This document shows positions 31,801 through 44,800 of a DNA stretch of 64,000 nt, one piece after another. The DNA comes from an uncultured Planctomycetota bacterium (lineage in GTDB: Bacteria > Planctomycetota > Planctomycetia > Isosphaerales > Isosphaeraceae), in contig CAWGMQ010000006.1 of NCBI GenBank assembly GCA_963823665.1, positions 1,696,001 through 1,760,000 of the forward strand, given 5' to 3'. Under the pieces are notes generated by a model, which searched no databases, had not been told where the DNA came from, and saw only the letters and a program-made list of their open reading frames with translations. Position 1 is the first letter of the stretch. Every line of letters begins with the position of its first letter. A program made the position numbers and the translations under genes.

Positions 31801-33484
31801 CACCGCCAACCTCACCACGACCGGCGGGGGTCAGACTTTCACCGAGACCGGCTGGACCGGAAGCGGGTCGCTTACAGCGACGTCCGGCACCGTCGCAGCC
31901 TCGAACCCGTCCGGCTTTACGCTTACGCCGACCTCGCTCACAGCCGGTCCAATGGCGCTCTCCCTGAGCGGAATCAACACGGCGAATCTCACGGACTCAA
32001 GCAGCGGCGGCAAAACGTTCAACATCACCGGTTGGACCGGCAAGGGCACGTTGAGCGGTGCGTCCGAGACCCTGGTCGACAATGTCTCGGCCAAGACGAC
32101 GCTCACGAACACGTCCCTCGCCGTGACCGGCAATCCCACACTGACCCTGGCCGGCTTCACCGCGGCCAACCTCACCGACCCGACCGGCGGCAACACGTTC
32201 GTCGTCAGCGGCTGGACGGGAGGCGGCTCGCTCGTGGACATCCGGTCCAACGCCGACACGGTCACCGCGAGCAAGAGCGCCGGTTTCACGCTGACAAACG
32301 GTTCGCTGTCATCGACCGACGGAATGAACCTCACGCTCGGCGGCATCACGACCGCGAACCTCACCGACTCAGGCAGCGGCGGCAACACGTTCACGGTCAG
32401 TGGCTGGTCCGGGACAGGAACGCTCAAAGGCACGGGCGAGACGCTTGTGGATTCGGCGACAGCCAGCGTGTCGCTGGCGAACTCGTCCTTGGCGGTAACC
32501 GGCGGGGCGACGCTGACGTTGAACGGATTTACAACCGCCAACTTGACCGACTCAGCCGGCGGCAACACCTTCACGGTGAGCGGCTGGACCGGGGGCGGCT
32601 CGCTCTCTGATACCGGCGCGGGCGGGGACACGGTGGCTGCGAGCAAGTCCGCCGGCTATACGCTCGCGAACAGCTCGCTGGCGTCCACGGACGGAATGTC
32701 GCTGGGCTTGAGCCGAATCACGACGGCCAATCTCACGGCCACGAGCGCGGGGAAGACATTCGACGTGAGCGGCTGGACCGGAAGCGGGTCGCTCACCGAC
32801 ACCGCGGCGACCGGCGACACGGTGACCGCTACGAAGAGTGCCTCGATGACGCTGACGGGGACATCGTTCAGTTCGACTGACGGCATGACGCTCATCCTCA
32901 GCAACTTCAAGACAGCCACTCTCACGGTGACGGCGTCGAGCGGCAATCCGTCGTACGTTGTCGATGCCAGTGCGTTCACCGGAGTCACGAACTTGACGGC
33001 GACTGGCACGGTCGACGCCATCCTGCTGGGCGGGTCGACCAATGGCAGCACGCTGAGCGCAACCGGCTCGGGCGACGACGTGTTGATCGGCGGGCCGGGC
33101 AAGAACACGCTGAGCGACACGGGGACCGGCTACAACATCCTGATCGGAGGGGCCGGAGTCGACACGCTCACCGGCAATGGCAACGACATCCTGATCAGCG
33201 GCACGACCAGCTACGACAGCAACATACCCGCAAACATCGCGGCGCTGGATGCCATTCTGGCCGAATGGTCCTCGAGCGATTCGTATTCAACGAGGATCAA
33301 CAAGATCATGACCGGAATCACCGTGGGCTCGAGCACGGTCGCCCTGAACGCCACGACGTGCCAGTCCGACGCCGTGGCAAACACATTAAGCGACGGAACC
33401 GCCCCGACCCAGAATAACTGGTTCATCGTCAACACGAAGGACAAGGTGACCAAGCAGGCGGGCGAGACGGCGACGGTCGTGTGA
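25873..33484 (+). CDS. Giant secreted Gly/Thr/Ser-rich beta-helix repeat surface protein (~2,500 aa), copy 1 (frameshifts near 27018 and 29450)
   Basis: LELLEPRTLLS N-terminal motif, GGGI-x-N Pmp-like repeats, DWWG, FTVSGWTGxGxL repeats, RTX-like GGAGVDTL, AALDAILAEWSS. Colinear with the intact paralog at 38874-46835. Confidence 0.85.
26590..27830 (+). repeat. Intragenic ~501-bp tandem repeat (~2.5 copies)
   Basis: AACTCCGCGTACCA recurs at 26605, 27105 and 27606 with near-identical intervening sequence. Confidence 0.85.
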
Positions 33485-33561
33485 TCGTCGCTCATGATGG
33501 CGAATGCGTGAACAGCGCGTATCGGCTCGTGAGTCCTGGAGGCCAACATGCGACACCGCGG

Positions 33562-36500
33562 CTACCAATCGAGGCCCATCTCGTCCAGGCTGCGACGGAG
33601 CTGTGCGAGATCCCAGACGATCGTCGGAAGCCTGAAGGCCGTGGCTGCCAGCAGCCCACCGTCGGCGCTGAAGCGCAGGCAGCGAATCTGGCCCGTGCCG
33701 CTGCGCAGCCGCACGATCCGCTCGAACGTCGAGCCGTCCCACAAGATGATCGTTCCTCGTTCAGAGCCCGACGCCAGCCAGCGGCCGTCGGGGTGGAACG
33801 TCACGGCATACACGGGCGCGTTGTGGCCCGAAAGCGATAGATGAGGCGCCGCGGGAAGTGTGCCCAGACGGTTGACCTCCCAGAGCGCGACCGAGCCGTC
33901 CTGGCAGGCCGCCGCCAGCCATTTCCCATCGCCGCGCACGGCCAGTTGGCGCACAGCCACGCCGAAGGCATGCACCAATCCCAGCGGCGCACTCTGCTCG
34001 TAGTCCCAGAGACGCACCTTTCCATCGAACGAGCAAGACGCCAGCCAGTTCCGGCCCGGCACGAACGCCAATCCCGATACGAGTCCATCCGGCGCTTCGA
34101 GATGATGGAGCTCTCGCCCGGAATCGGCATCCCATAACTTGATCTCACTGCCGCGCTTGTTTTCAGATCCCGTGGCCAGGAGCTTCGAGTCGGCGCTCCA
34201 GGCGGCGCTCCACACCTGGCCGCCGTGGCCCGCGAGAAATCGCGCGCCGGTGATCGTCTGGGCGTCTGTCAACATGACGGTGCCGAAGTCCGAGCCCGCC
34301 GCGATCCAGCGCCCGTCCGGACTGGAGGCGACGCTCCAGTCGAGGCCGGTATTCGAAAGTGGTACGGCTTCCACAGGCGAATTCAATGACACCGGCTCGG
34401 CGCGCGAACCATTGCCACTCGATCCGCCCGCGGTGCTTCGTGCCAGGTCGATCGCGGCGATCGGGTATCGATTCACCCAGCCTGCCCACATGTGAGCCAC
34501 CAGAAAACTCGACCCATCGGGGCTGAACCGGCCGGCGCGGGTGCCGTGCGGTACGACCGCCACGATCGTGCCGGAGCGAAGGTCACACACGGCAGTCCCT
34601 TTCGCGCAATCGGTGATGGCGTATCGCCCTTTCGGGTCGATCGTCACGTAATAACATCCGAGCCCCTCGAGTGTGAAGATCACGGAATCCTTTCCCGACT
34701 CGACGTCCCAGACCCTGAGGGTCCCGTCCCCCGCGACAGAGGCGAGGCGCCGCCCGTCAGGAAGAAACGAAAGTGCCATCACGTGGGCGGAATGCCCGCG
34801 GAGAAGCTGCCGGCGCCGCCCCGATCGTGGATCCAAGACGGCAATCGCACCGTCCTCGGCTGAGAGGGCCAGGCAGTTTTTTCCCCAGGCCACGGCAACG
34901 GGCGAGGGCCCGCTCTCGAAGAGCCGCCTGGGTGAACTGGCGCCCGACGCCAGGTCCCAGATCGCCGCCCCGCGCTCGGCTCCCAGCAGGAGCTCCTTGC
35001 CATCCGGACTCCACGCAACGGACTTCACCTCGCCCAGTTCCGGCGCGAGTGTTCGAACCGCGGTTCGCTGCTTCCAGTCCCAGATCTTGACCGTGCCGTC
35101 GCGAGAACCCGGAGGCCAGCAACTTGCCGTCCGGGCAGAGGGCCAGAGCGTGGACCCAGTCGCCGTGCTGCATGTGCGCTGCCTCGCGCCGCGCCGCGAT
35201 ATCCCAGATCCGAATCACCCCGTCCGCGCGGCTGAACGCGAGCCCAGCTCCGTTATCAATCACTTCTATCGCATGTACGGCGGCTTCAACGCGCATGCGA
35301 GAAGCCGCCCGCATTCCGTTCGAAAAATCGGTCATCGTTGTACTAGACACCAGCCGCCGCGAATCACCGACGAATGCAATGCTGTGGCTTCCTTCCGCGA
35401 GTACAGCTCGCTCCGCCGGCTCCGCCAACTGCCACACTCGAACCCGTCCATCCCGGTAACCCACGGCGATGTGCTCCTCGTCCGGGCTCAGGTCCAGCGC
35501 CAGCGCGGCTCCGAACTCCCCGGAGGCGATGGCAAGGCTCGTGTAGCCCCACCCGAGCCCAAGAACGGAGCGCACCCATAGTCGGACACTCCCGTCCGCG
35601 AAAGCGGTGAATACGCGCGACTTGGTGTCGATACGCAGTTTCGTAATCGGCTCGGGAGCCAAAGCAGCATGCTCGAGCACTTTGTGTATCCGCAGGTTTG
35701 TCCATCTGATTCCATAGATTTCCGTTGTCCCAAACACGATGCTCGCGCTGAAATCGTCATTACCGGGATCCGGGCAGAACGCCAACCCTCGCGGCGTGAA
35801 CGTACCGGTCAGGGCAACGCGGCGAAGAAGACCACCCGTCGCCACATCCCAGAGACGGACCTGGGTGTCCGCCGACGCCGAGGCAAAATGCTTCCCGGAA
35901 AACGAAAACGCGAGGTCGCTCACCCGGCCGGCATGTCCGGTCAGAATTCGGCCCTTCTCTGCGGCGCGCGCCACGGGATCTGCTGCCGCCGCATCGAACG
36001 GGAGCATGCGAAGGAAGCCCTTATCGCCCCCCGCGGCGAGCCAGGCACCGTCCGGCGAGAAGAGCACCGAATGCATCGGCTCTTGATCCTTCACGGCGAA
36101 GAGCGGAGTGCTCTCAGGAGGGCCGCCACCAATTTTCCAGACCCGGACCGAGCCATCGGCCGTGGAGGCCGCCAGCCAGGCCCCGCCGGGATGAAAGGCA
36201 ACCCCGGTGACATCCTTTTCGGAGCCCTTGAGGACCAGGCGGGGAGTGTCTTCACCAATCGACCAGACGCGAATCGTTCCGTCGCGCGACCCGGAAGCCA
36301 CCGATTGCCCGTCGGGACTGAACGCCGTACCCAGGACCGCGCCCGTATGGCCGGTCCAGGTCTTTTCCAGGCGAAAGCACGGAACGTCTGCGCCGTAACT
36401 TTCAATGGCCAGCTCCCGCTGCTCCGTACGGTCCTGAGCAGGACCGGCGAATTGCGTCGCCTGGCGCAGCTTCTCAAGCGCCGTGAATCGCCACGAGGTC

Positions 36501-37838
36501 TCGCGCGTCTGGATCAACCCGCGCGCCTCGCCCGTCAGCGCCCGCACGAGCGTCGCTTCCGCGCGATCGCGCTCAGTGCGGAACCGGTCCCGCTCATGGA
36601 CGACTCGCCAGAAGCCCAGCGACGCCACGGCGGCGATCGCCAGCACCGCCACGGCGATCGTCGAGGCCAGTGCCGGTTGGCGTCGGCACCAGAGTGCCAG
36701 CCGTGCCGCCGACCCCACCCGGCGCGGCGATCGGCTTCCCCGCAAGGTAACGCTCAAGGTCTTCTTCCAGCGCCAGCGCCGAGCCGTAACGCTTCTGCGG
36801 CCGCTTGTCCAGGCACTTGAGACACACCGTCTCCAGATCGCGCGGCAGCCGCGGCCGAAGCCGCGACGGTGCAATCGGCTCCTGGGTGCGCAGCAAGAGC
36901 ATCGTGTCCAGTGGACTGTGTGACTGAAACGGCGGCCGGCCGGTGAGCAGGGCGTACAGGATTCCCCCAAGGCCGTAAACGTCAGTCGCCGGACCGATCG
37001 CGCCGGTCCGTCCGTCCGCCTGTTCGGGTGACATGTACGACGGCGTTCCCAGAATCTCCCCCGATTGCGTTGCAGCCGTCGCTTCCGTCCCAACAGTGTT
37101 CATCCGGGCTAGCCCGAAGTCGGCCACCTTCGGGATGAAGTTCATGCCGTCACGTCCAGGCCAGTGCGGGCCACCGTCAGGAAGCGGCTCGAGCATCACG
37201 TTGCCCGGCTTCAAGTCACGGTGCAGCACCCCGCGCACATGCGCGTGCGCGATCGCGCCGGCGATTGTGGCCGCGATCCGCGCGGCCAATCGCGGTGGCA
37301 CGGGTTCTTCGCGCTTCTTCAGCCATTCGGAAAGCGTCATCCCCGGGCAATAGGCCGACGCGATGAAGCTGATCGACCCTTCCTCACCCGCGTCGAAAAC
37401 CGGGACGACGTTGGGATGATCGAGCACGGCAGCGGCGCGCGCTTCGCGCTCGAACCGCTTGCGCATCTCGGCCGTGACCATCACCTCCGGCCGCGGCAGC
37501 TTGAGCGCCACCTGCCGCCGCAGCCGCGGGTCAAACGCCAGGAAGACGACCCCATAGGCGCCGCGGCCCAGCTCACGACGAATTTCAAAGCGGCCGAATT
37601 GTTTCGGAGTGTCGCCGTCGGAATGTGCCGGCGCAGCATCGTCACCCAGAAGCGTCCAGGCCGCCCGCACAAACTCGCACCAGCCGGCCTGCTGCTCCAG
37701 CTTGAAGCGCAAAGCCGGCGTCAGCGTGGCGGTGTCTTCTGCAAGATTCGTGGGCCTCCGCGCCTGAAGTGCGTCGTCGTGGGCGGTAAGCCGCGCGATG
37801 TATTCGTCCTCGACCGAGCCATCGGGAAGATCGCTCAT
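33562..37838 (-). CDS. Membrane Ser/Thr protein kinase with WD40 propellers, copy 2 (frameshifts near 36725 and 35110)
   Basis: Pieces 36594-37853, 34757-37093 and 33562-35028 carry the same motifs as copy 1. ATGA-coupled to the ECF stop. Confidence 0.9.
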
Positions 37839-38493
37839 GGAGCGCTCGCCCACGCCTGGCGAAGGCTCTCCATCGCCCGCACCCAGATTTTCCGGGCCGC
37901 CTCTTCCGTGCGCCCTAGCTCCTGCCCGAGCTCTAAGAAAGTCAGGCTGTTGTCCAATCGCAAGGTAATCGCTCGGCGGTAATCATCCGGCAGCTTGGCG
38001 AGCGCGGCCATGAGCGCCTCGGCCTCTTCACGCGCCACTACCTTGGCGCTCGGCGACGAAGCCGAGGGCGCCGCCACGTCGAAGACCGGCTCTCCCTGCG
38101 AGCCGGCGTCCACCAGCTCGACTTCCCGCGTCACGTCCCGTTTGCCCGTATCGCGATACTGGCTCGTGAAGACGCCCAGATTGTGTAACAGGATCCGCCG
38201 CAGCCAGACGCGAAACTCGCCACGCGATTTTCCCCGAAACTGCACAAAGTCGCGCTGGGCTTCCAGAAAAGTCTCCTGGACCAGGTCAGACGCGCCCCCT
38301 TGGCGCGCACATCGGCTCCCAGCTTCTTTTCGGCGACCAGAAGCAGATAACCGCGGTACGCTTCCAGCGCGCACCCGAGCGCCTCCGGCGAACCGGCGCG
38401 GGCATCACGGAGCAACTCATCCCGGTCGGGATCCCGCCCGGATCCAAACAACGTCTCGCCTCCCGACTCCGAGGCTCTTGCGAACAGAGCCAC
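37835..38493 (-). CDS. ECF sigma-70 factor, planctomycete-type, copy 2 (frameshift near 38297)
   Basis: GSPEALG..LE.YRGYLLLVAEK, ASDLVQETFLEAQRDF, LPDDYRRAITLR. Confidence 0.88.
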
Positions 38494-38506
38494 TAGACTG
38501 AGTCGG

Positions 38507-38536
38507 AGTATAACGAGGACGTGCTGCCGGATTCAA
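38507..38536 (-). promoter_or_regulatory. sigma70-type promoter TTGAAT-N18-TATACT for ECF copy 2
   Basis: Conserved with 25353-25382. Confidence 0.6.
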
Positions 38537-38651
38537 CATATTGCTTGGATGGTCACACGCGCGTGTTGCTCGAATACCACGCGCCGCCCGGACGGCGACT
38601 CGCGACGATGCGGGCAGCCTGGCGCCGCGCCAATGGGATCCGCTATCTCAG

Positions 38652-38734
38652 AAAGGCTGGAAACGGCAGGAAAACCGGACGGACCCGGCGAGAGTTTTTT
38701 TCTGTGTCCGGATTGCTCGAGTTTTCCAGCCTCC
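38652..38734. promoter_or_regulatory. Back-to-back GTCCGG-N17-GCCT motifs (putative ECF promoters), cassette 2
   Basis: Minus-strand copy at 38652-38680 and plus-strand copy at 38706-38734. Confidence 0.65.
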
Positions 38735-38873
38735 ATGGATATGGCGTGCGCCGCTGCGGGTCTGTCCAGCAATGACGGCGGCCGCGACCGCGTCGCAGCA
38801 CAACCAGGCCGTGAAGCCCTGACTCTGTCTTGTCCTGTTCGTTCTCGATGTCGATCCTCAAGGAGCCGCACCG

Positions 38874-41800
38874 ATGTCGCGCAGCCTCTCCCGTCACCTC
38901 TCCCGTCTCGTCTCCGCCGAGCGAGCTCACCGTCGCAATCCGCGGCGTGGTGCTCTGCGATCACTGGAGGCGCTCGAGCCTCGAACGCTGCTTTCCAACC
39001 TGTGGTACGTCAATTCAGCCGACGCAGGCACGCCCGATGGAATGACACCCGCCACCGGCTTCGTCACAATCCAGGCCGCGATCGACGTGGCGAGCGCCGG
39101 TGACACAATCCTGGTTGAGACGGGCAGCGGCTACAACGAGTCCGACACGGTCGGTGTCTCGAACCTCTTGATCGAAGCCGATTCAGGGCAAACCCCGGTG
39201 CTGGACGGGACGGCTTCGAGCCCCCCGTCCTCACCCGGCTTCACGGTGACGGCCGGCGCCACAGGCGTGACGATCGAAGGACTGACGATTCAGAACTTCG
39301 CGGGCACTGCCGCGATCGTTGTTCAGAACGGCGCTTCCCTCGCAATCAGCGGCGTGACCATCCAAGGAAACACGAGCGGCGGCGGCAACGGCGGCGGCAT
39401 CGACAACGACGGTACGCTCACGGTCACCGGCGCCTTGTTTCAAGACAACTCATCGGCGAACTGGGGTGGTGGCATCTACAGCGATGGCACGCTGATCATC
39501 TCCGACAGCACGTTCATGAACAATACCGCTCGCGTCGGCGGCGCCATCGCGGCCGACTACGGCGGCATGACAACGATCACTGGCGGCACGATCTCGGGCA
39601 ACACCGCCGTGTTTGGCGGCGGGATCGTGAACGTGGCCGCGATGACCATCTCGGGCGGCATGATCGAAAACAACTCGTCCACCTACGTGGGCGGCGGCAT
39701 CGACAACTACCAGGGCACGCTGGCGATCTCGGGCGCCACTTTCGAAAGCAATTCGGCCACCTCCGGCGGCGGCGGGATCATCAATTATGGCAATGGCACG
39801 CTCTCGATCTCGGGCGGCACGTTCGAGAACAACTCCAGCCCCAATTACGTCGGCGGCGCCGTCTACAGCATCGGGGCCCTGACGGCTGACGGTGTCGCCT
39901 TCGACGCGAATCACGCCCCTTACGGCGGAGGCATCTACGCCGCTGGGCACATCGACCTGACCGATTGCGATTTCACGGACAACACCGCGGGCTCCACCGG
40001 CGGGGCAATATCCAACAACGCCACGGGCTCGATCTCCGGCTGCACATTCAACCATAACTCGGCCGGTGCGGTCGGCGGGGGAGGCATCACGGTCTGGAGC
40101 GGCGTGCTGACAATCGCGACATCGACGTTTGAGGACAACAGCACGCCGGGCTCCGGCGGCGCCATCCTCGTTCATCGAGCATCCGTCACACTCGAGGACG
40201 ACACGGTCTCGAGCAACTCTGCGGCGAGCGGCGGTGGTATTGCAAACCAGAGCGCCGGCACGGTCACGATCGCGGGCGACACGACGGTCTCGGACGATAC
40301 GGCCAGCGGCAACGGCGGGGGCATCGAGAACTACGGCACGCTCACCATCTCGAGCGGCAGTATCTCGGGCAACAACAGTCACGGCGGCGGCGGCATCGAC
40401 AACTTCAATTCGCTGACAATCACCGGCGGCACGATTGCCAATAACTTTGCCGAGGGCTACGGCGGCGGCATCGCAAATGAAGGCGGCGCCACGCTCACGA
40501 TGACCGGCGGCACAATCTCGGGCAACGGGTGCTGGTGGGGCGGCGGTGGCATCGAGAACTGGGGCACGCTCTCGGTCTCGGGCGGCACAATCGAAGATAA
40601 CGCTGTATCGGCCGGGGGAGGCGGGGGCATCAGCAATGGTGGTGTGCTCACGATCTCCGGAGGCACGATCTCGGGCAACTACGGCCACGGGGGCGGCGGC
40701 ATCGACAACGTCAACACCCTGACAATCACCGGCGGCACGGTCGCCAATAACTACGCCGTGGGCCGAGGCGGCGGGATCGACAACGAATACGGCGCCACCC
40801 TCACGATGTCCGACGGCAGCATCTCCGGCAACGGGTCCTGGTGGGGCGGCGACGGCATCCTGAACTCGGGCACGCTCGCGCTATCGGGCGGTTCGATCGA
40901 GGACAATTCCGGCGGCAACGGCGCCGGCATCGAGAATTACGGCGCCGCCACGATCTCTGGCGACGTGATGATCTCGGACAATGGCGCCACCTATGGCGGC
41001 GGTGTTGCAAACTCGGGCGGCACGATGACAATCTCAGGCGGCACAATTGATGGCAATACCGCCCAGTGGCGGGGCGGCGGCGTCTTCATCAATTCCGGCG
41101 TGGTCACGATCTCCGGTGGCGTGATCGAGAACAACACCACCGTACACTCGGGGGGCGCTGGGGTTGGGAACAACGGTGGCACGCTGACGATCTCAGACGC
41201 CACAATCTCCGACAACACCGGTGGCGGTGTCCTGAACCAGGCCACGCTGACGGTCACCGGCGGCACGATCGACGATAATTCCGGCGGCGGCATGGTGAAC
41301 TACGGCACCGCGACGATCTCGGGCGAGACGATCTCGGGCAACAATGCCACTTATGGGGGCGGCATCTGGAACTTCGGCACGCTGACAATTTCCGGCGGTA
41401 CGATCGAAAATAACACCGCGAACCAGGGGGCCGGCATCCGCAACGATAACACGCTGACAATCACCGGCGGCACGATCGCGAGCAACAGCGCCGGGAGTGC
41501 TTTCGGAGGTATCTTAAGTGACGGCGGCTCGGTGACAATCGAAGGCGGCACGATCGAAGATAACTCGACCACGGGCGACGGTGGAGGCATCGGAAACGGC
41601 GCCACGCTCACGATCTCCGGAGGCACCATATCGGGTAACACCGCCTCCCATCGGGGCGGCGGCATCGTAAACTATGCAACGCTTGTGATCACTGGCGGCG
41701 CAATCGAAAACGACTTCGCCGGGTGGGTTGGTGGCGGCATCATGAACTATTCCACCGCAACGATCACGGGCGACACGATCTCAGGCAACAGCAGCCCGTA

Positions 41801-44800
41801 CGGCGCCGGCATTTTCAACCAGAGCCAGCTCTCGATTGCCAATGCCACGATCGAAGACAATTCGGCCCATGTCGGTGGCGCTGTATTCAACACGCGCGGG
41901 TCTCTGTCGGTTGGCGACTCTACCTTCGACGCGAACAAAGCCACCGGATTTGGCGGCGCGATCTTCAACCAGTACGGGCACCTCTCCTTGACCGATTGCG
42001 GCTTTACGGACAACTCGGCCGGCACCACCGGCGGCGCCGTATCCAGCGTTCTGGGCGCGGGTTCGATCTCTGCGTGCACATTCACCGGGAATTCTGCCGG
42101 GGCGGTTGGCGGAGGAGGTATCGCGGTCTACAGCGGAGCCTTGACGATCGCCAACTCTTCTTTCGAGAACGACACGGCAACGTTCGCGGGCGGAGCCATC
42201 CTGGCTATCTCGAGCTCTGTCACGCTCCAGAACGACACGATCTCCGGCGGCACCGCGGGCGGCGGCGGCGGTGGCGGCGTCGAGAACGACTTCGGAACAG
42301 TGACGCTCACCGGCGATACGATCGAGGACAACTCCGATAGCGGCATCCACAACTACCACGGTACGGCGACGCTCTCGGACGACACGATAGAGAACAATTC
42401 CGGCGGAGGCATTCAGAACCAGGGCGGAACGATGACCGTCGCCGGCAGCACGATCGAAAACAACACGTGCTCCAATGGCATCGGCGCTGGCATCTACAAC
42501 ATCACGGGCACGGTCGTGGCCGTAGACGACACGATCTCAGGCAATACATCCACCTACGGCGGCGGCATCGTGAACCAGGGCACGATGACGATCTCCGCCA
42601 GCACGATCGATGACAACTCCGCCCCCGTTGGCGCGGGCATCGCCGGGAACGGATCTCTCACGATCACCGGCGGCACGATCTCGGGCAATACGGCCAGCTT
42701 TGGCGGCGGCATCGCCGTCTACGATGGCGCACTTTCGGTCGACGGCACGACCTTCGACGGGAATGACGGAGGAGCGGTCGTCACCACTGGGGTGGACCTG
42801 CATTTGGACAATTGCAGTTTCACGAACAACTCAAGGAGCTACGGCGGTGCGGTAGGCGCGAATTCGGGCTCAGGCTCGATCTCCCATTGTACCTTCACGG
42901 ACAACAAGGCCAGTGCAAACGGCGGGGGTATCGAGGTCGTGAGCGGTACGCTCACAATCGCCAACTCCATGTTCGAGGGCAACACCGCCGGAGGCTTTGG
43001 TGGTGGAATCCTCAATTACGTTGGTTCGGTCACGATCGTGGGCGATACGTTCTCAGCCAATTCCGCTGCCTACGGCGGCGGCTTCAACAACGACGGCGGA
43101 CCAGCCGCCGTCACCGGCTGCACGTTCAGCGGCAACTTCGCTCCCGCGGGCGCCGCGATCTTCGCGGAAGCCGGATCCCTCACCATGAGCGGCGGGTCAA
43201 TCCAGGCTCCGCCGACCCTGACCGCCAGCGAGATCGGGATCGGGGGAGGAGCCAACGTCACCATCTCCGGCGTGACTATCGACAGCGCAGCCACCGCCAC
43301 CGCCATCGATGTGAACGCCAGCTCCCTCACGGCGACCAATATCGGCATTACCGGCTACTTGGTCGGCGTCTCGGTGGAGAACAACGGCGGCGCCACGATC
43401 ACCGACAGCACGCTCACGAGCGATACGACAGGCATCCTGGTGGGCTCGGGCGCCAGCGACACCTGCACGGTGACGGCAACGAACGACAGCTTTGCCAGTG
43501 ACACCACAGGCGTGCAGAACAACCAGACTGGCGGGTCATTAAACGCCACGCTCAACTGGTGGGGCAGCGCCACCGGCCCGACGAATGCGAGCAACCCCGT
43601 CGGCACCGGCGCCGCGACCGTCGGCAACGTCAGCTTCAGCCCCTGGCTGGGCGATTCCAACATCGTCGCACCCGATTACCTCGTGTTCCTCTCAACAACC
43701 GGCGAGCAGTACGCAGTGACACCGAACAGCGACAACACCAGCTTGCAGGTCACGCTGAGCGGCAGTCCGGTGGGCTCGATCCCTGGGGGCGACACGCTTG
43801 GATTCACAGGCAGCGGTGGCACGGTCACGATCAACGGTGAAACGGGGGCGAGCAGCTCCGATGGCTTCAACATCAACGACACGTCGGTGCAGTTCGCTGG
43901 GGCTGACAGCCTCGCCGGATCCATGATCGATTTCACCGGCACCGCGATCACCCGCAATGTGGATGCGCAGGGCACAGTCAACACGTTCAATATTCAGGGG
44001 GCAGGTGTGAGCGGGCCGACCGGAAGCCTGGTCGGTGATACCGGCACGAATGCCTTTGTCTTCAGCGGCGCATCGAAGCTGATCGGCAGCATCCAGGGCC
44101 CCGGATCGAGCACGCTCGACTTCTCGGCCTACGGAAGCGGCGTGACCGTGAAGCTCGCGAGTGGCACAGCCACCGGCGTGGGCGGCACCGTAGCGGGAAT
44201 CACGGCCGTGATTGGCAGTGCCTTCAACGACACCCTGAAGGCGGGCACGGTCCCCGGAGTTGCGCTCACGGGCGGGCTTGGCATCAACACATTGAGCGGG
44301 ACCGGCGCCGGCGACAGCGTGGTGGAATCGATTTCGTCGAATTACACGTTGGCGAGCGGGAGCTTGACCGGCACGGGCTCGGCCAGCTTCACCGACAACC
44401 TGACCGGGATCAAGGTCGCCACGCTCTCCGGCGCCAGCGCGACGAGCAATACATTCACCGTCAGCGGCTGGACGGGCAGCGGCTCGCTGACCGCCCCGGC
44501 GGGAACCGGCAGCGTGACGGCGAGCAAGAGCAACAACGTTACATTGAGCGACACGTCCTTGTCGTCGGGCGACGGAATGTCTCTGACTTTGAGCGGAATC
44601 GTGACCGCCAACCTTACAATCGCAGCCACCGGGCACACCTTCAACGAGACCGGCTGGACCGGCAACGGATTGCTCAGCGGCACATCGTCTACCGTGGCGG
44701 CGTCGAATCCGTCTGGCTTCACGATCACCCCGACCTCGCTCACGGCCGGGCCCATGTCGCTCTCCTTGGCTGGCATCACAACCGCCAACCTCACGGATTC

